Shown one piece after another: positions 1-9,881 of a DNA stretch of 64,000 nt. Each line of letters begins with the position of its first letter. Within the stretch, counting starts at the first letter, position 1. Both the position numbers and the translations under genes were made by a program. The notes beneath the pieces are model-generated. The model searched no databases and had not been told where the DNA came from. It saw only the letters and a program-made list of their open reading frames with translations. This stretch comes from Candidatus Krumholzibacteriia bacterium (lineage in GTDB: Bacteria > Krumholzibacteriota > Krumholzibacteriia > JAJRXK01): positions 64,001 through 128,000 of the forward strand of contig JBGPIA010000001.1 of assembly GCA_041484665.1 (NCBI GenBank), read 5' to 3'.

Positions 1-102
1 GAGGTGGGTACCGGGTACTTCGACCAGGTGGCCCAGGTGATCACCGGTGGCCTGGCCTCCACGCTGGCGCTCAACGAGTCCACCGAGGCGCAGCAATTCT
101 AG
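1..102 (+). CDS. aceA: Isocitrate lyase, 3' end (partial)
   Basis: Frame 1 reads EVGTGYFDQVAQVITGGLASTLALNESTEAQQF*, matching the characteristic ICL C-terminus (EVGTGYFD...STEE.QF); not in the ORF track. Confidence 0.9.
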   Translation, partial: EVGTGYFDQVAQVITGGLASTLALNESTEAQQF

Positions 103-106
103 ATTG

Positions 107-134
107 GGCCGGCGCCTCCTGCGAGGCGCCGGCC
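107..134 (+). terminator. GC-rich hairpin after aceA, possible terminator
   Basis: Perfect 12-bp stem GGCCGGCGCCTC-ctgc-GAGGCGCCGGCC just after the stop codon; U-tract weak. Confidence 0.55.
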
Positions 135-272
135 GCTCGATCTTCCTCCACCCGCCCGCGCTGCGGCCGTTCCTCTGTGACGATGGTTGCCCGCGTGCGA
201 GGGATGGCCTAGGCTCGGCAGCGCTTTCCCCCTCGGCCCCGGCACCACCACGCCGGTCCCTCGGAGCGTGCC

Positions 273-1598
273 ATGCAACGGCTCGTGAGCGCTGCGCTCG
301 CCCTGTCGCTCGCGGCGGGCGTCTGCGCCGCCGCGGGCGCGCCCGACGCCTTCGTCGGCGCGACTCTGCTCCCCATCAGCCGTCCTGCCATCGAGCACGG
401 CATCCTGATCGTCCGCGACGGCAAGATCGTGGACGCCGGTCCGGCCGATCGCGTCGCGATCCCCAAGGACGCCACCATCCACGACGTGGCCGGCAAGGTC
501 ATCATGCCGGGGCTCGTCGACAGCCACAGCCACATCGGCGGACCCGCCGGCGGCGACGACTCGGGTCCGATCCAGCCTGAGTGCCGCGTGCTCGACGCCG
601 TGGATGTGCGCGACTGCGGGCTGCAGAAGGCCCAGGCGGGCGGCATCACCACGGTCAACATCATGCCCGGCAGCGGGCACCTGATGAGCGGGCAGACGCT
701 CTATCTGAAGCTGCGCGACGCCAACACGATCGAGGGGCTGCTGCTGCGCGACAAGGACGGCCGCACGCTGGGCGGCGTGAAGATGGCCAACGGGACGAAC
801 TCCCAGAAGGACCCGCCGTTTCCTGGGACGCGCGGCAAGTCAGCGGCGCTGGTGCGCGCCCGCTTCGTGGCCGCGCGCGAGTACCAACGCAAGATCCAGC
901 TGGCCAAGGGCGATCCCTCCAAGCTGCCCGACCGCGATCTCGCCCTGGAGACGATGGTGGAGGTGCTGGAGGGCAAGCGCGTCGTCCACTTCCACACGCA
1001 CCGCCACGACGACATCCTCACCGTGCTGCGGCTGCAGAAGGAGTTCGGCTTCCGTGTCGTTCTGCACCACGTGAGCGAGGGCTGGAAGGTCGCCAACGAG
1101 ATCGCGGCGGCGAAGGTCCCCTGCTCGATCATCCTGCTGGACAGCCCGGGTGGGAAACCGGAGGCCGTCGACATCGACTGGCGGACCGGCAGCGTCCTGG
1201 AGAAGGCCGGGGTGCTGGTGGCCTTCCACACGGACGATCCCATCACCGACAGCCGCCTGCTCTTGCGCTCGGCGGCCTTCGCAGTGCGCGCAGGCATGTC
1301 CCGCGATGGGGCCCTGCGCGGCTTGACCATCGCCCCGGCGCAGATGCTCGACCTGCAAGACCGGATCGGCACGCTGGAGAAGGGCAAGGACGCCGACTTC
1401 GTCGTGCTGTCGGGCGACCCGCTGAGCGCCTACACGCACGTGCTGCAGACCTGGGTGGAGGGAGCGAAGGTGTTCGATCGCGACGACCCGCGCGACCGCC
1501 TGTGGGCCGTCGGCGGCTACGGCGCCAGCCACCCACAGTCGTTCACCTGGTGCTGCGCCGACGACGAGGGCAAGCACGGAGCGGAGGAGGAGCGATGA
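273..1598 (+). CDS. Secreted amidohydrolase family protein
   Basis: Signal peptide; PGLVDSHSH metal motif; GGITTV; HTDDP; GTLEKGKDADFVV. Confidence 0.9.
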   Translation: MQRLVSAALALSLAAGVCAAAGAPDAFVGATLLPISRPAIEHGILIVRDGKIVDAGPADRVAIPKDATIHDVAGKVIMPGLVDSHSHIGGPAGGDDSGPIQPECRVLDAVDVRDCGLQKAQAGGITTVNIMPGSGHLMSGQTLYLKLRDANTIEGLLLRDKDGRTLGGVKMANGTNSQKDPPFPGTRGKSAALVRARFVAAREYQRKIQLAKGDPSKLPDRDLALETMVEVLEGKRVVHFHTHRHDDILTVLRLQKEFGFRVVLHHVSEGWKVANEIAAAKVPCSIILLDSPGGKPEAVDIDWRTGSVLEKAGVLVAFHTDDPITDSRLLLRSAAFAVRAGMSRDGALRGLTIAPAQMLDLQDRIGTLEKGKDADFVVLSGDPLSAYTHVLQTWVEGAKVFDRDDPRDRLWAVGGYGASHPQSFTWCCADDEGKHGAEEER

Positions 1599-2929
1599 GC
1601 GCGATCACGGGGCGGGGGCCGGGGGCACCCAGGGCCGCGGCTGCCGCCGCGCCGGCCGGCGCGGCCACAACACCGGCCGCCGGCACCGCGGCCGCCGCGC
1701 TGCTCGCCGCCGCGGTGTTGGTCGCCATCGTGCTGGGCGCCACGCCCGTCGTGCGGGCGCAGGTTGCCGTGCGCGCGGCCACCGTGCACACCATGGCCGG
1801 GCCGCCGATCCAGGACGGCGTGGTGATCGTGCGCGACGGCCGGATCGCCGCAGTCGGTACAGCGGCGCAGACTCCCATCCCGGAGGGCTTTCGCGTCCTG
1901 CGCGCAGCGGTGGTCACTCCGGGTCTGATCGACGCCCACACGGTGGCCGGACTGTCGGGCCAGCTCAACGTGCCGCCCGATCAGGACCAGCTCGAGCCCG
2001 GCGATCCCATCCAGCCGGAGTTGCGCGCCATCGACGGCTTCAACATCCACGAACGACTCGTGGAGTGGCTACTGGGCTTGGGCGTGACGACGATCCACAC
2101 CGGCTACGGCCCGGGCGCGGTGGTGTCGGGGCAGACGATGGTGGTCAAGACCTACGGCCGCAGCGTGGAGGATGCCGTACTGCTCCCGATGGCCATGGTC
2201 GCGGCGACCCTGGGTGCCGGAGCCACCACCAGCACCCCCGGAAAATCGCCCGGCACCCGCAGCAAGGCCATCGCGCTGTTGCGCATCGAGTTGATCAAGG
2301 CGCGCGAGTACGTCCAGAAGCGCGCCCTGGCCGACGAGAGCAAGCGGCCGGGAACCGACCTGCGTCTGGAGGTACTCGCCCAGGTGCTGCACAAGGAGCT
2401 CCCGCTGCTGGTCACCGTGCACCGCCATCAGGACATCCTGAGCGCGTTGCGCCTGGCCCGGGAGTTCGATCTAAAGCTGGTGCTCGACGGCGTGGCAGAG
2501 GCACCGCTCGTGCTCGAGGAGATCAAGGCCAGCGGCGTTGCGGTGATCGTGCATCCGACGATGTACCGCGCCGGCAGCCCGCGCGGGGGCAGCGAGACCG
2601 AGAATCTCAGCTTTGAGACCGCCGGCAAGCTGCGCGCGGCGGGCGTAACCATCGCGCTGCAGAGCGGCTACGAAGCGTACGTGCCCAAGACGCGCGTCGT
2701 GCTGCTGGAGGCGGCCGTGGCAGCGGCCAATGGGCTGGCCTGGCAGGATGCGCTGGCCGCGATCACGATCGATGCGGCGCGTGTGATCGGCGTGGCCGAC
2801 CGCGTTGGATCCCTCGAGGTGGGCAAGGATGGCGACCTGGCCCTATTCGACGGAGACCCCTTCGAGTACACGACCCACTGCGTGGGCGTGGTCGTGCGCG
2901 GCGTGGTCGCCAGCGACAAGACGATGTGA
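1595..2929 (+). CDS. Amidohydrolase family protein, second subunit with degenerate metal ligands
   Basis: ATGA overlap with upstream stop; PGLIDAHT, GVTTI, GSLEVGKDGDLALF; C-terminal part of ORF 581..2929. Confidence 0.85.
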   Translation: MSAITGRGPGAPRAAAAAAPAGAATTPAAGTAAAALLAAAVLVAIVLGATPVVRAQVAVRAATVHTMAGPPIQDGVVIVRDGRIAAVGTAAQTPIPEGFRVLRAAVVTPGLIDAHTVAGLSGQLNVPPDQDQLEPGDPIQPELRAIDGFNIHERLVEWLLGLGVTTIHTGYGPGAVVSGQTMVVKTYGRSVEDAVLLPMAMVAATLGAGATTSTPGKSPGTRSKAIALLRIELIKAREYVQKRALADESKRPGTDLRLEVLAQVLHKELPLLVTVHRHQDILSALRLAREFDLKLVLDGVAEAPLVLEEIKASGVAVIVHPTMYRAGSPRGGSETENLSFETAGKLRAAGVTIALQSGYEAYVPKTRVVLLEAAVAAANGLAWQDALAAITIDAARVIGVADRVGSLEVGKDGDLALFDGDPFEYTTHCVGVVVRGVVASDKTM

Positions 2930-2959
2930 GCGCGGCGGGCCCCGGGCGCCCGCCTCGGC

Positions 2960-3958
2960 ATGGACACCCCGCACCCGCACCCCATCACGGTAACGCCCCT
3001 GGACCAGGGGCTGCGCCTGGACCAGCTGTTGCTGCGCCACCTCGCCTGCTACTCCCGGGGGCAGATCAAGGCGCTGCTGCGCGAGGGCCAGGTCGAGCTG
3101 AACGGCCGGCGGGTTACGAGCGGCTTGCGGGTAGCGGCCGGCGATCGGGTGGTGGTCCGCTCGCCCCAGGCCCTGGCAGCTGGAACGGGGCCGCTGCCCG
3201 ACGACGCGCTCCCGCTGACCGTCCTGTTCGAGGACGAGGCGCTGCTCATCGTCGACAAGCCGACCGGCATGCCCGTGCATCCGCTGCGCCCCGACGAAGG
3301 CGGCACCCTGGTCAACGCCCTGGTGGCGCGTTACCCCGAGCTGTCGGGCTTTGGCTACCACCCTCTGCAGCCAGGGCTGCTGCACCGCCTCGACAACGAC
3401 ACCTCGGGGATCCTGGTGGTCGCGCGCCGCGCCGACGTCTTCGAGGCGCTGCGCCAGCAGTTCCGCGGCCAGAGCGTCCTGAAGTGCTACCTGGCGCTGG
3501 TCGAGGGCGCCGTGGAGCGCGACGGCGCGGTCGAGCAGCCGATCGGCCACGATCGCTGCGACCGTCGCAAGATGCTGGTGATCGACCCCACCGACTCGCC
3601 CCCGGAGCTGCGCCGGCGCGCGCGGCCGGCGCGCACGCTCTATCGGGTCGCACAGCGGCTGCCGGCGCACACGCTGCTCGCGGTCTCGCTGCGGCAGGGC
3701 ATGCGCCACCAGATCCGCGCGCACCTGGCATGGCTGGGCCACCCCATCGCCGGCGACGCACTCTACGGCGCGCGTACCGTCCAGCCCGTTGCGGGGCTGC
3801 CCGCCCGGTACTTCCTCCACGCTTGCCGGATCGAGTTGGCCCACCCCGTGCGAGGCGGACTGCTGAGCGCCGATGCGCCGCTCCCGCCGGAGTTGCATGC
3901 CTGGCTGGACCGCCTGCGTGAGGCACCGCTGCTTCCGGGCACGGCGGCCGCGCCGTGA
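2960..3958 (+). CDS. RluA/RluD family pseudouridine synthase
   Basis: S4-like N-terminus (RLDQLL), VDKPTGMPVHP, catalytic HRLDNDTSG, GMRHQIRAHL, HPIAGDALYG. Confidence 0.93.
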   Translation: MDTPHPHPITVTPLDQGLRLDQLLLRHLACYSRGQIKALLREGQVELNGRRVTSGLRVAAGDRVVVRSPQALAAGTGPLPDDALPLTVLFEDEALLIVDKPTGMPVHPLRPDEGGTLVNALVARYPELSGFGYHPLQPGLLHRLDNDTSGILVVARRADVFEALRQQFRGQSVLKCYLALVEGAVERDGAVEQPIGHDRCDRRKMLVIDPTDSPPELRRRARPARTLYRVAQRLPAHTLLAVSLRQGMRHQIRAHLAWLGHPIAGDALYGARTVQPVAGLPARYFLHACRIELAHPVRGGLLSADAPLPPELHAWLDRLREAPLLPGTAAAP

Positions 3959-4109
3959 GGCGACGCGGTCGGTCCAGTGCGCGTCCGCGCGCGCTAGCCG
4001 CGGCGTGCTCGTCCCGGCCGCTGGGCCGCTCGCCCCGGTCGCGGGAGTGCGCAACTTCGCCGCCCCCGCCTGCGTCTACTCTGCGTCCGCACCTTTCAGG
4101 GAGGTGTCC

Positions 4110-5048
4110 ATGCTGGCCGTCGCCGACCTCGTGAAGGTCTACCCCGGCCCGGTGGCCGCATTGCAGGGCATCAGCCTGGAGGTCCCCAAGGGAATGTTCG
4201 GCCTGCTGGGGCCCAACGGTGCCGGCAAGTCCACCTTCATGCGGATCCTCGCCGGGCTGTTGGAGCCGACCTCCGGCAGCGTGAGGCTGGACGGTGTCGA
4301 CGTGCTGGGGAATCCGCTGCGGCTGTGGAGCCAGCTCGGCTATCTGCCGCAGGAGTTCGGCTTCTACCCCCACCTCTCAGGGCAGTCGATGCTGGAGTAC
4401 CTGCTCAAGCTCAAGGGCGTCGATGCGCCGGCCGGCCGCAAGGCGCTCGCCGCGCAGCTGCTGGAGCGCGTCAATCTCTCCTTCGCCGCGCGGCGCAGAC
4501 TGAAGAGCTACTCGGGGGGCATGCGGCAGCGCCTGGGGATCGCCCAGGCGATCGCGGGCGATCCGCGCCTCATTATCGTAGACGAACCGACGGCGGGGCT
4601 GGACCCCGAGGAGCGCCTGCGCCTCTACCGCATCCTGGCCGAGCTTGCGGAGGACCGCACAGTCCTGCTCTCGACGCACATCGTCGAGGACGTGGCGGTG
4701 CTGTGCCCCCGCTTCGCCGTGATCCGCAATGGCAAGCTGCTGGCGGTCACCAGCCCCAGCGAAGCCCGCGCCGGTCTGGAGGGCACCATCTACGAGGGGC
4801 AGGTGGGTGCCGGCGACCTCGACGAGTTGCGCGCCACGCGCCGCGTCACCCAGGCCATCCTGGTCGAAGGTCGCAACCGCGTCCGCATCCACGAGCAGGA
4901 CGGCAGCCCGCCGGCCGGCTTCACGTGCGTCGCGCCCACCCTGGAGGACGCCTATCTGCTCTTGATGCGCGAGGCGCAAGCGCGCGAAGGGACCGCGGCC
5001 CGTGCCGCCCCGCCCTCGGCGGTCGCCGCCGGGCAGGGGACGCCATGA
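4110..5048 (+). CDS. ABC transporter ATP-binding protein
   Basis: GGAGG RBS; Walker A GPNGAGKST, YSGGMRQR signature, IIVDEPT, LSTH. Confidence 0.93.
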   Translation: MLAVADLVKVYPGPVAALQGISLEVPKGMFGLLGPNGAGKSTFMRILAGLLEPTSGSVRLDGVDVLGNPLRLWSQLGYLPQEFGFYPHLSGQSMLEYLLKLKGVDAPAGRKALAAQLLERVNLSFAARRRLKSYSGGMRQRLGIAQAIAGDPRLIIVDEPTAGLDPEERLRLYRILAELAEDRTVLLSTHIVEDVAVLCPRFAVIRNGKLLAVTSPSEARAGLEGTIYEGQVGAGDLDELRATRRVTQAILVEGRNRVRIHEQDGSPPAGFTCVAPTLEDAYLLLMREAQAREGTAARAAPPSAVAAGQGTP

Positions 5049-8000
5049 GCCTGGCGCGCATGCTGATGGTCGCGCGCGAGGACCTCAAGGAGCTGCGCGG
5101 GCGCCCGTTGTTGTGGATCTGGCTCTTCATCCTGGGCCTGACCGCCTTCGGGCTCTCCCACGGCGAGGTGCGCATCTCGTCGGGCGACGCCGCCGTCGGA
5201 GGGACGAAGGCCTGGATCACCTCCGAGTTCGCCCAGGGCCAGACCTTCGCCATGGTGGGGCTCTTGCTCTACGCGTTCTTCGTGTCGGTGCTCGCGGGCA
5301 TGGCGGTCATCCGCGACGACGAGCTCAAGGTGGGAGAGGTCCTGCACGCGACGCCGCTGTTGCCCGGCGAGTACGTATGGGGCAAGTACCTCGCGACGCT
5401 CGTGGGGTCGTTCGCCGTGCTGGCAGCACACCTGGCCGTCACGATGCTCATCTACCAGCTGCTGCCGCTGGACAACGCCGACGAGCTGCGCGGTCCCTTC
5501 GCGCTGGCGCACTACGTCCGGCCGGCCCTCATCTTCGCCGTTCCGTTGATCCTGGTGGTCTCCGGCGCGGCGTTCCTGGTGGGTACATGGTCCCGCCGCC
5601 CGCTGCTGGTGTTCGTCCTGCCCGTGGCACTGCTCTTGTTCGGGGCGATGTTCCTATGGAACTGGTCGCCGTCGTGGCTGGATCCGCGGATCAATCGCCT
5701 CCTGATGCTGATCGAGCCCGCAGGATTCCGGTGGCTCAACGAGACGTGGCTCAAGGTGGACCAGGGGGTGGACTTCTACAACAAGTCGCCGATCCCCCTC
5801 GACTCCGGCTTCATCGTCAGCCGCGGCATCCTGGGGGTGCTGGCGCTCTCGTGCGTCGCCATCGCGCAGCGGCACTTTCAACGCACCTTGCGCGGAGTGC
5901 ACGCAGTGCGCGCCGCGGGGCGTGCGCGGCAGGCGCCGGGTGCGGCGCGTCTCGCGCGCCTTAGGTGGCCGGCGGGCCTGATGCGGCCGCGCGCCAGGCG
6001 CCCTGCGTCGGACACCGCGGGGCCAGGCACCGGCTACGTCGCGGGATCGCTGCGCGCACTGCGGATGCAAAGCCACGCACCCGGCCTGATCACCGGGATC
6101 GTGGATGTGGCCCGCTTCGAGCTCAAGGAGCTGGGCAGCAGCCCGGGCCTTTACCTCTTCGTCCCCATCATTCTGCTGCAAATCCTGGGTACCAGCCTGC
6201 TGGCGCTGGGTGCCTTCGACACGCCGGTGCTCATCACTTCGGGGACCGCCGCGGTGCGCTCCATGAATACGATCGCGCTGTTGGTGGCGTTCCTGCTGCT
6301 GTTCTACACGGTGGAGTCGCTGCAACGCGAGTGGTCCACCGGGCTGGCCCCCATCTACCACACCACCGCGGCGCGCACGGCCTCGATGCTGTTCGGCAAG
6401 GCGGTGGCCAACACTCTCGTGGGGGTGGTGATCGTCTTCGCGACCTTCCTCGGCTGCGCGGTCGCGATCCTGATCCAGGGCAAGGTCGCGGTGCAGCCCG
6501 GGCCGTTCCTGCTGGTGTGGGGCCTGCTGCTGATCCCCACCTTCCTGGTGTGGAGCTCGTTCGTCGGCGCGGTGTTCGCCCTCACGCGCAACCGCTACAC
6601 GGCCTACGGAATCGGCCTGGGCGCGCTGGCGCTCACCGGCTACCTCCAGACGACCGGACGCATGAGCTGGGCCGGCAATTGGGACCTGTGGGGTACGCTG
6701 TTGTGGAGCGACATGGGGCCGCTACAGCTGGACCGCCCAGCTCTGGCGTGGAACCGCGTGCTGGCCCTGGCGCTGACGGTGCTGTTCACCGCGATCACAG
6801 TGCGCGCTTTTCCGCGGCGCGAGGAGGATGCGACGCGCATCGTGCACCGCATCGCCCCTGGCCGCGCCGCGCGCTCAGCCCTGCGGCTGTTGCCGTACGC
6901 CGTCGTGCCCCTGGTGGCGATCGTCGTGCTGGTCGTGCAGGTACGCTCGGGCTTCCAGGGCCCCGCGGTGCGCAAGAAGGAGCACGACTACTGGAAGCAG
7001 AACCTGGCGACCTGGAAGGACGCTCCGCTGCCGGCGGTGCGGTTCGCGGAGATCGACCTGCAACTCGAGCCGCGGCGGCACTGGTTCAAGGTCAGTGGCG
7101 CGTACCACGTCTGGAACCATCGCGACGCGCTGCTGCGCAGTGTGCCGCTGACAGGCGGGCTGCACTGGGAGAGCGTGAGCTGGACCCTGGATGGCGCGGA
7201 CTACACACCGGAGGACCGCACGCACCTCTACGTGTTCACTCCGCCAAGGCCTCTGGCCCACGGCGACAGCTTGACCATCGGATTCTCCTACGAGGGCCGC
7301 GTCCCGCGCGGCGCCACTCGCAACGGTGGCGGTCTGCCCGAGTTCATCCTGCCCTCGGGGGTGGTGCTCACAAGCTTCCGCCCGACGTTCGTGCCGCTGT
7401 TGGGCTACGACGAGGAGGTCGGGATCGAGGAGAAGAAGAACCGCTACGAGCCCAAGGTCTACCCGGACGACTTCTACCAGGCGGTGCTGGAGCCGGCATT
7501 CGGCAGCCAGATCCCCATGCGCACGCGCATCCGCATCAGCGGACCGGCGGAGTACGCATACAACTCCGTCGGGACGCTCACCCACGAGGAGGTGAGCGGC
7601 GGCCGGCGCACCGTCGTCTGGGAGAGCGACCACCCAGTGCGCTTCTTCAATGTTGTGGCCGGAAGGTGGAAGACGCGGGTGGGCAACGGCACGCGCATCT
7701 GCTACGACCCCAGGCATGCCTACAACGTCGAGGAGATGTCCCGCGCACTCGACGCCGCGCGCCTGTACTACTCCCGGTGGTTCCGCCCGTACCCCTGGCA
7801 GGAGCTGAAGCTGAGCGAGTTCCCGGCGCTGGCGTTCTACGCGCAGGGCTTCCCCACCAACATCACCTTCTCCGAGGGCATCGGGTTCCTCACCAAGAGT
7901 GATCCGCGCACGGAGCTAGCGTTCCTCGTCACCGCCCACGAGTCGGCGCACCAGTGGTGGGGCAACCTGCTCACGCCGGGGAAGGGGCCCGGAGGCGACA

Positions 8001-8920
8001 TCCTCTCGGAGGGGATGTCCCACTTCTCCACACTGCTCCTCATGCAGCAGGTGCTCGGGGAGCGCGAGCGCATCGAAATGTGCAAGCGCATCGAGGAGCG
8101 CTATGGCGACCGCCGCCAAGCCGACTCGGAGCGGCCACTGGTGAAGATCGACGGCTCGCGCCCAGGCGACGTGACCGTCACCTATGACAAGGGTGGCTGG
8201 GTGATGTGGATGCTCGACCGGCTCATGGGCCGCGACGCGATGCTGGCGGGTCTGCAGGAGTTCATGACACGCTTCAGCGACGGTCCCGACTATCCCGTGC
8301 TGCAAGACCTGGTCGCGACCTTGCGCCCCCACGCGCCGGATCCCGCGGCGTACGACGCGTTCGTGCAGCAGTGGTTCTTCCAGGTGGTGGTCCCCGAGTA
8401 CCGGATCACGCAGGCGGGGCGCACGAAGCTCGCCGCCCATGATGCGGGCGCGGCTACGCAGGGTCCGCTCTGGGAGGTCACCGCCCGGGTCAAGAACCGC
8501 GGCACGGGCGCGATGCCCGTGCAGATCGCCGCCACCCGGGGCGAGCGCTTTCCCAAGCCTGCAGCCGCGCGCGCGCGGCAGGAGCCCGCGCCGAGTGCGC
8601 CGCCAGCGCAGGGAGCGCAGCCAGGAAGCGGGGAACAGCCGGTGCCTGCGACACTCCCGGCGTCGGGCGTGAGCACCGCCGGAGTCGGCGCGGCGCCCGG
8701 TGCGCCACCTGCGGAGCCGCCCAAAGCCGCGCGCATCGGCCTCACCACCTCCGGTTCCCCAGCAGAGCCCTTCGCCGAACAGCGCGCCACCGTCACGCTC
8801 GGTCCGGGAGAGGAGCAGGAGATCGTCCTGCGCTGCGCCTTCGAGCCGCAGCAGTTGGTCGTCGACCCGGATGCGCTGGTGCTGCAGCTCAAGCGGAAAT
8901 CGGCGGTGCACCGCTTCTAG
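5045..8920 (+). CDS. ABC-2 type permease fused to M1-family (gluzincin) aminopeptidase domain
   Basis: ATGA overlap; two multi-TM halves, then HESAHQWWGN...LSEGMS zinc motif and YDKGGWVMWML. Confidence 0.88.
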   Translation: MSLARMLMVAREDLKELRGRPLLWIWLFILGLTAFGLSHGEVRISSGDAAVGGTKAWITSEFAQGQTFAMVGLLLYAFFVSVLAGMAVIRDDELKVGEVLHATPLLPGEYVWGKYLATLVGSFAVLAAHLAVTMLIYQLLPLDNADELRGPFALAHYVRPALIFAVPLILVVSGAAFLVGTWSRRPLLVFVLPVALLLFGAMFLWNWSPSWLDPRINRLLMLIEPAGFRWLNETWLKVDQGVDFYNKSPIPLDSGFIVSRGILGVLALSCVAIAQRHFQRTLRGVHAVRAAGRARQAPGAARLARLRWPAGLMRPRARRPASDTAGPGTGYVAGSLRALRMQSHAPGLITGIVDVARFELKELGSSPGLYLFVPIILLQILGTSLLALGAFDTPVLITSGTAAVRSMNTIALLVAFLLLFYTVESLQREWSTGLAPIYHTTAARTASMLFGKAVANTLVGVVIVFATFLGCAVAILIQGKVAVQPGPFLLVWGLLLIPTFLVWSSFVGAVFALTRNRYTAYGIGLGALALTGYLQTTGRMSWAGNWDLWGTLLWSDMGPLQLDRPALAWNRVLALALTVLFTAITVRAFPRREEDATRIVHRIAPGRAARSALRLLPYAVVPLVAIVVLVVQVRSGFQGPAVRKKEHDYWKQNLATWKDAPLPAVRFAEIDLQLEPRRHWFKVSGAYHVWNHRDALLRSVPLTGGLHWESVSWTLDGADYTPEDRTHLYVFTPPRPLAHGDSLTIGFSYEGRVPRGATRNGGGLPEFILPSGVVLTSFRPTFVPLLGYDEEVGIEEKKNRYEPKVYPDDFYQAVLEPAFGSQIPMRTRIRISGPAEYAYNSVGTLTHEEVSGGRRTVVWESDHPVRFFNVVAGRWKTRVGNGTRICYDPRHAYNVEEMSRALDAARLYYSRWFRPYPWQELKLSEFPALAFYAQGFPTNITFSEGIGFLTKSDPRTELAFLVTAHESAHQWWGNLLTPGKGPGGDILSEGMSHFSTLLLMQQVLGERERIEMCKRIEERYGDRRQADSERPLVKIDGSRPGDVTVTYDKGGWVMWMLDRLMGRDAMLAGLQEFMTRFSDGPDYPVLQDLVATLRPHAPDPAAYDAFVQQWFFQVVVPEYRITQAGRTKLAAHDAGAATQGPLWEVTARVKNRGTGAMPVQIAATRGERFPKPAAARARQEPAPSAPPAQGAQPGSGEQPVPATLPASGVSTAGVGAAPGAPPAEPPKAARIGLTTSGSPAEPFAEQRATVTLGPGEEQEIVLRCAFEPQQLVVDPDALVLQLKRKSAVHRF

Positions 8921-9125
8921 TCGGGCGATCGCCTGCCGCACGGCCGCAGGGGCGGCCGCGCGCTCGCGCGCCGGCAGCCGTTGTTGGGCGGGCAGCGACG
9001 ATGACCCCTGCGCACCTCCCCGCGTCACGCCGCTGCAGCGCTCACGCTGCGCTGGCCTGCCCCTTGCAAGCCGTCACGCTGCAGATCGTGCCGCGTCTTA
9101 CGCTGCGCCGGCGCGATCCCACGCG

Positions 9126-9790
9126 ATGCGCTGGCTGCTGCGATACCTCCCCGCAAGCCTCCCGGCCTTGGGCGCCGCCCTCCCCGATTTCATTCTGGGG
9201 GGGTGTTCCTCGTCACATGGATCGCGCCGGCGGCGCTCGGCCACGCCATGGTGCGCTCGCTGCTCCTGGTCATGCTGCTGGAGTTCATCATCGTGCACTC
9301 GTCGGCATTCATGGGACAGGTCATGGTGGGTGGGCTCTCGCGGCAGAGCAAGGCGCGCTCCCTGCTGGGCCTGTGCGCCATGTACACGCTGTTCGTCGGC
9401 GGGTTCGCGCTGGCGTTTCGGACCTGGCAGCCACTGCTGAGCTTCTGGCTGCTCACGCTGAACCGCTTGCTCAGCGTCGTCCTCGGTCAGGCGCCCGACG
9501 GTGAGGAGAAGGAGCTGCTGCAGCGGGGCTGGGCGGTCTCGACGCTGGCGTATCTGGGGTTCACGTTCCTGACCATCGTGCTGCCCGTTCCGCGCCTGGG
9601 CATCACGCGGGCGGTGGCGCTCGCGCAACAGCTGCCCAGCAGCGGGCTGTGGGTGGACCAGCCGCATCGCGCCGTTGCGTTGGGATTCCTCTACTTTACC
9701 GCCGTGGGGATCTCCGAGCTTGGCGGGCATCGCTGGCTCAAGGTGCGCGCGAGCGGCTCGGCGAGCGTGCCCCAGGCGCGCGAGGCGTGA
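9126..9790 (+). pseudogene. Integral membrane protein split by a frameshift in a G7 run (9197-9203)
   Basis: MRWLLRYLPASLPALGAALPDFILGG in one frame continues as VFLVTWIAP... in another; one extra G would join them. Confidence 0.6.
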
Positions 9791-9881
9791 ACCCGCGCTC
9801 GCCGGCCCCGTCGGCCAGCCCCCACCAGCGCCTCCCCGCTTTCTCCGAAGGCGTTGGGCCGCTCAAGCGGCCCGGGACCAG

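Noticed and set aside
581..1594. Long N-terminal extensions on track ORFs (also 4325, 18757, 50350, 53199 starts)
   Set aside because: They overlap real upstream genes in another frame; downstream starts with RBS or stop/start overlaps fit better
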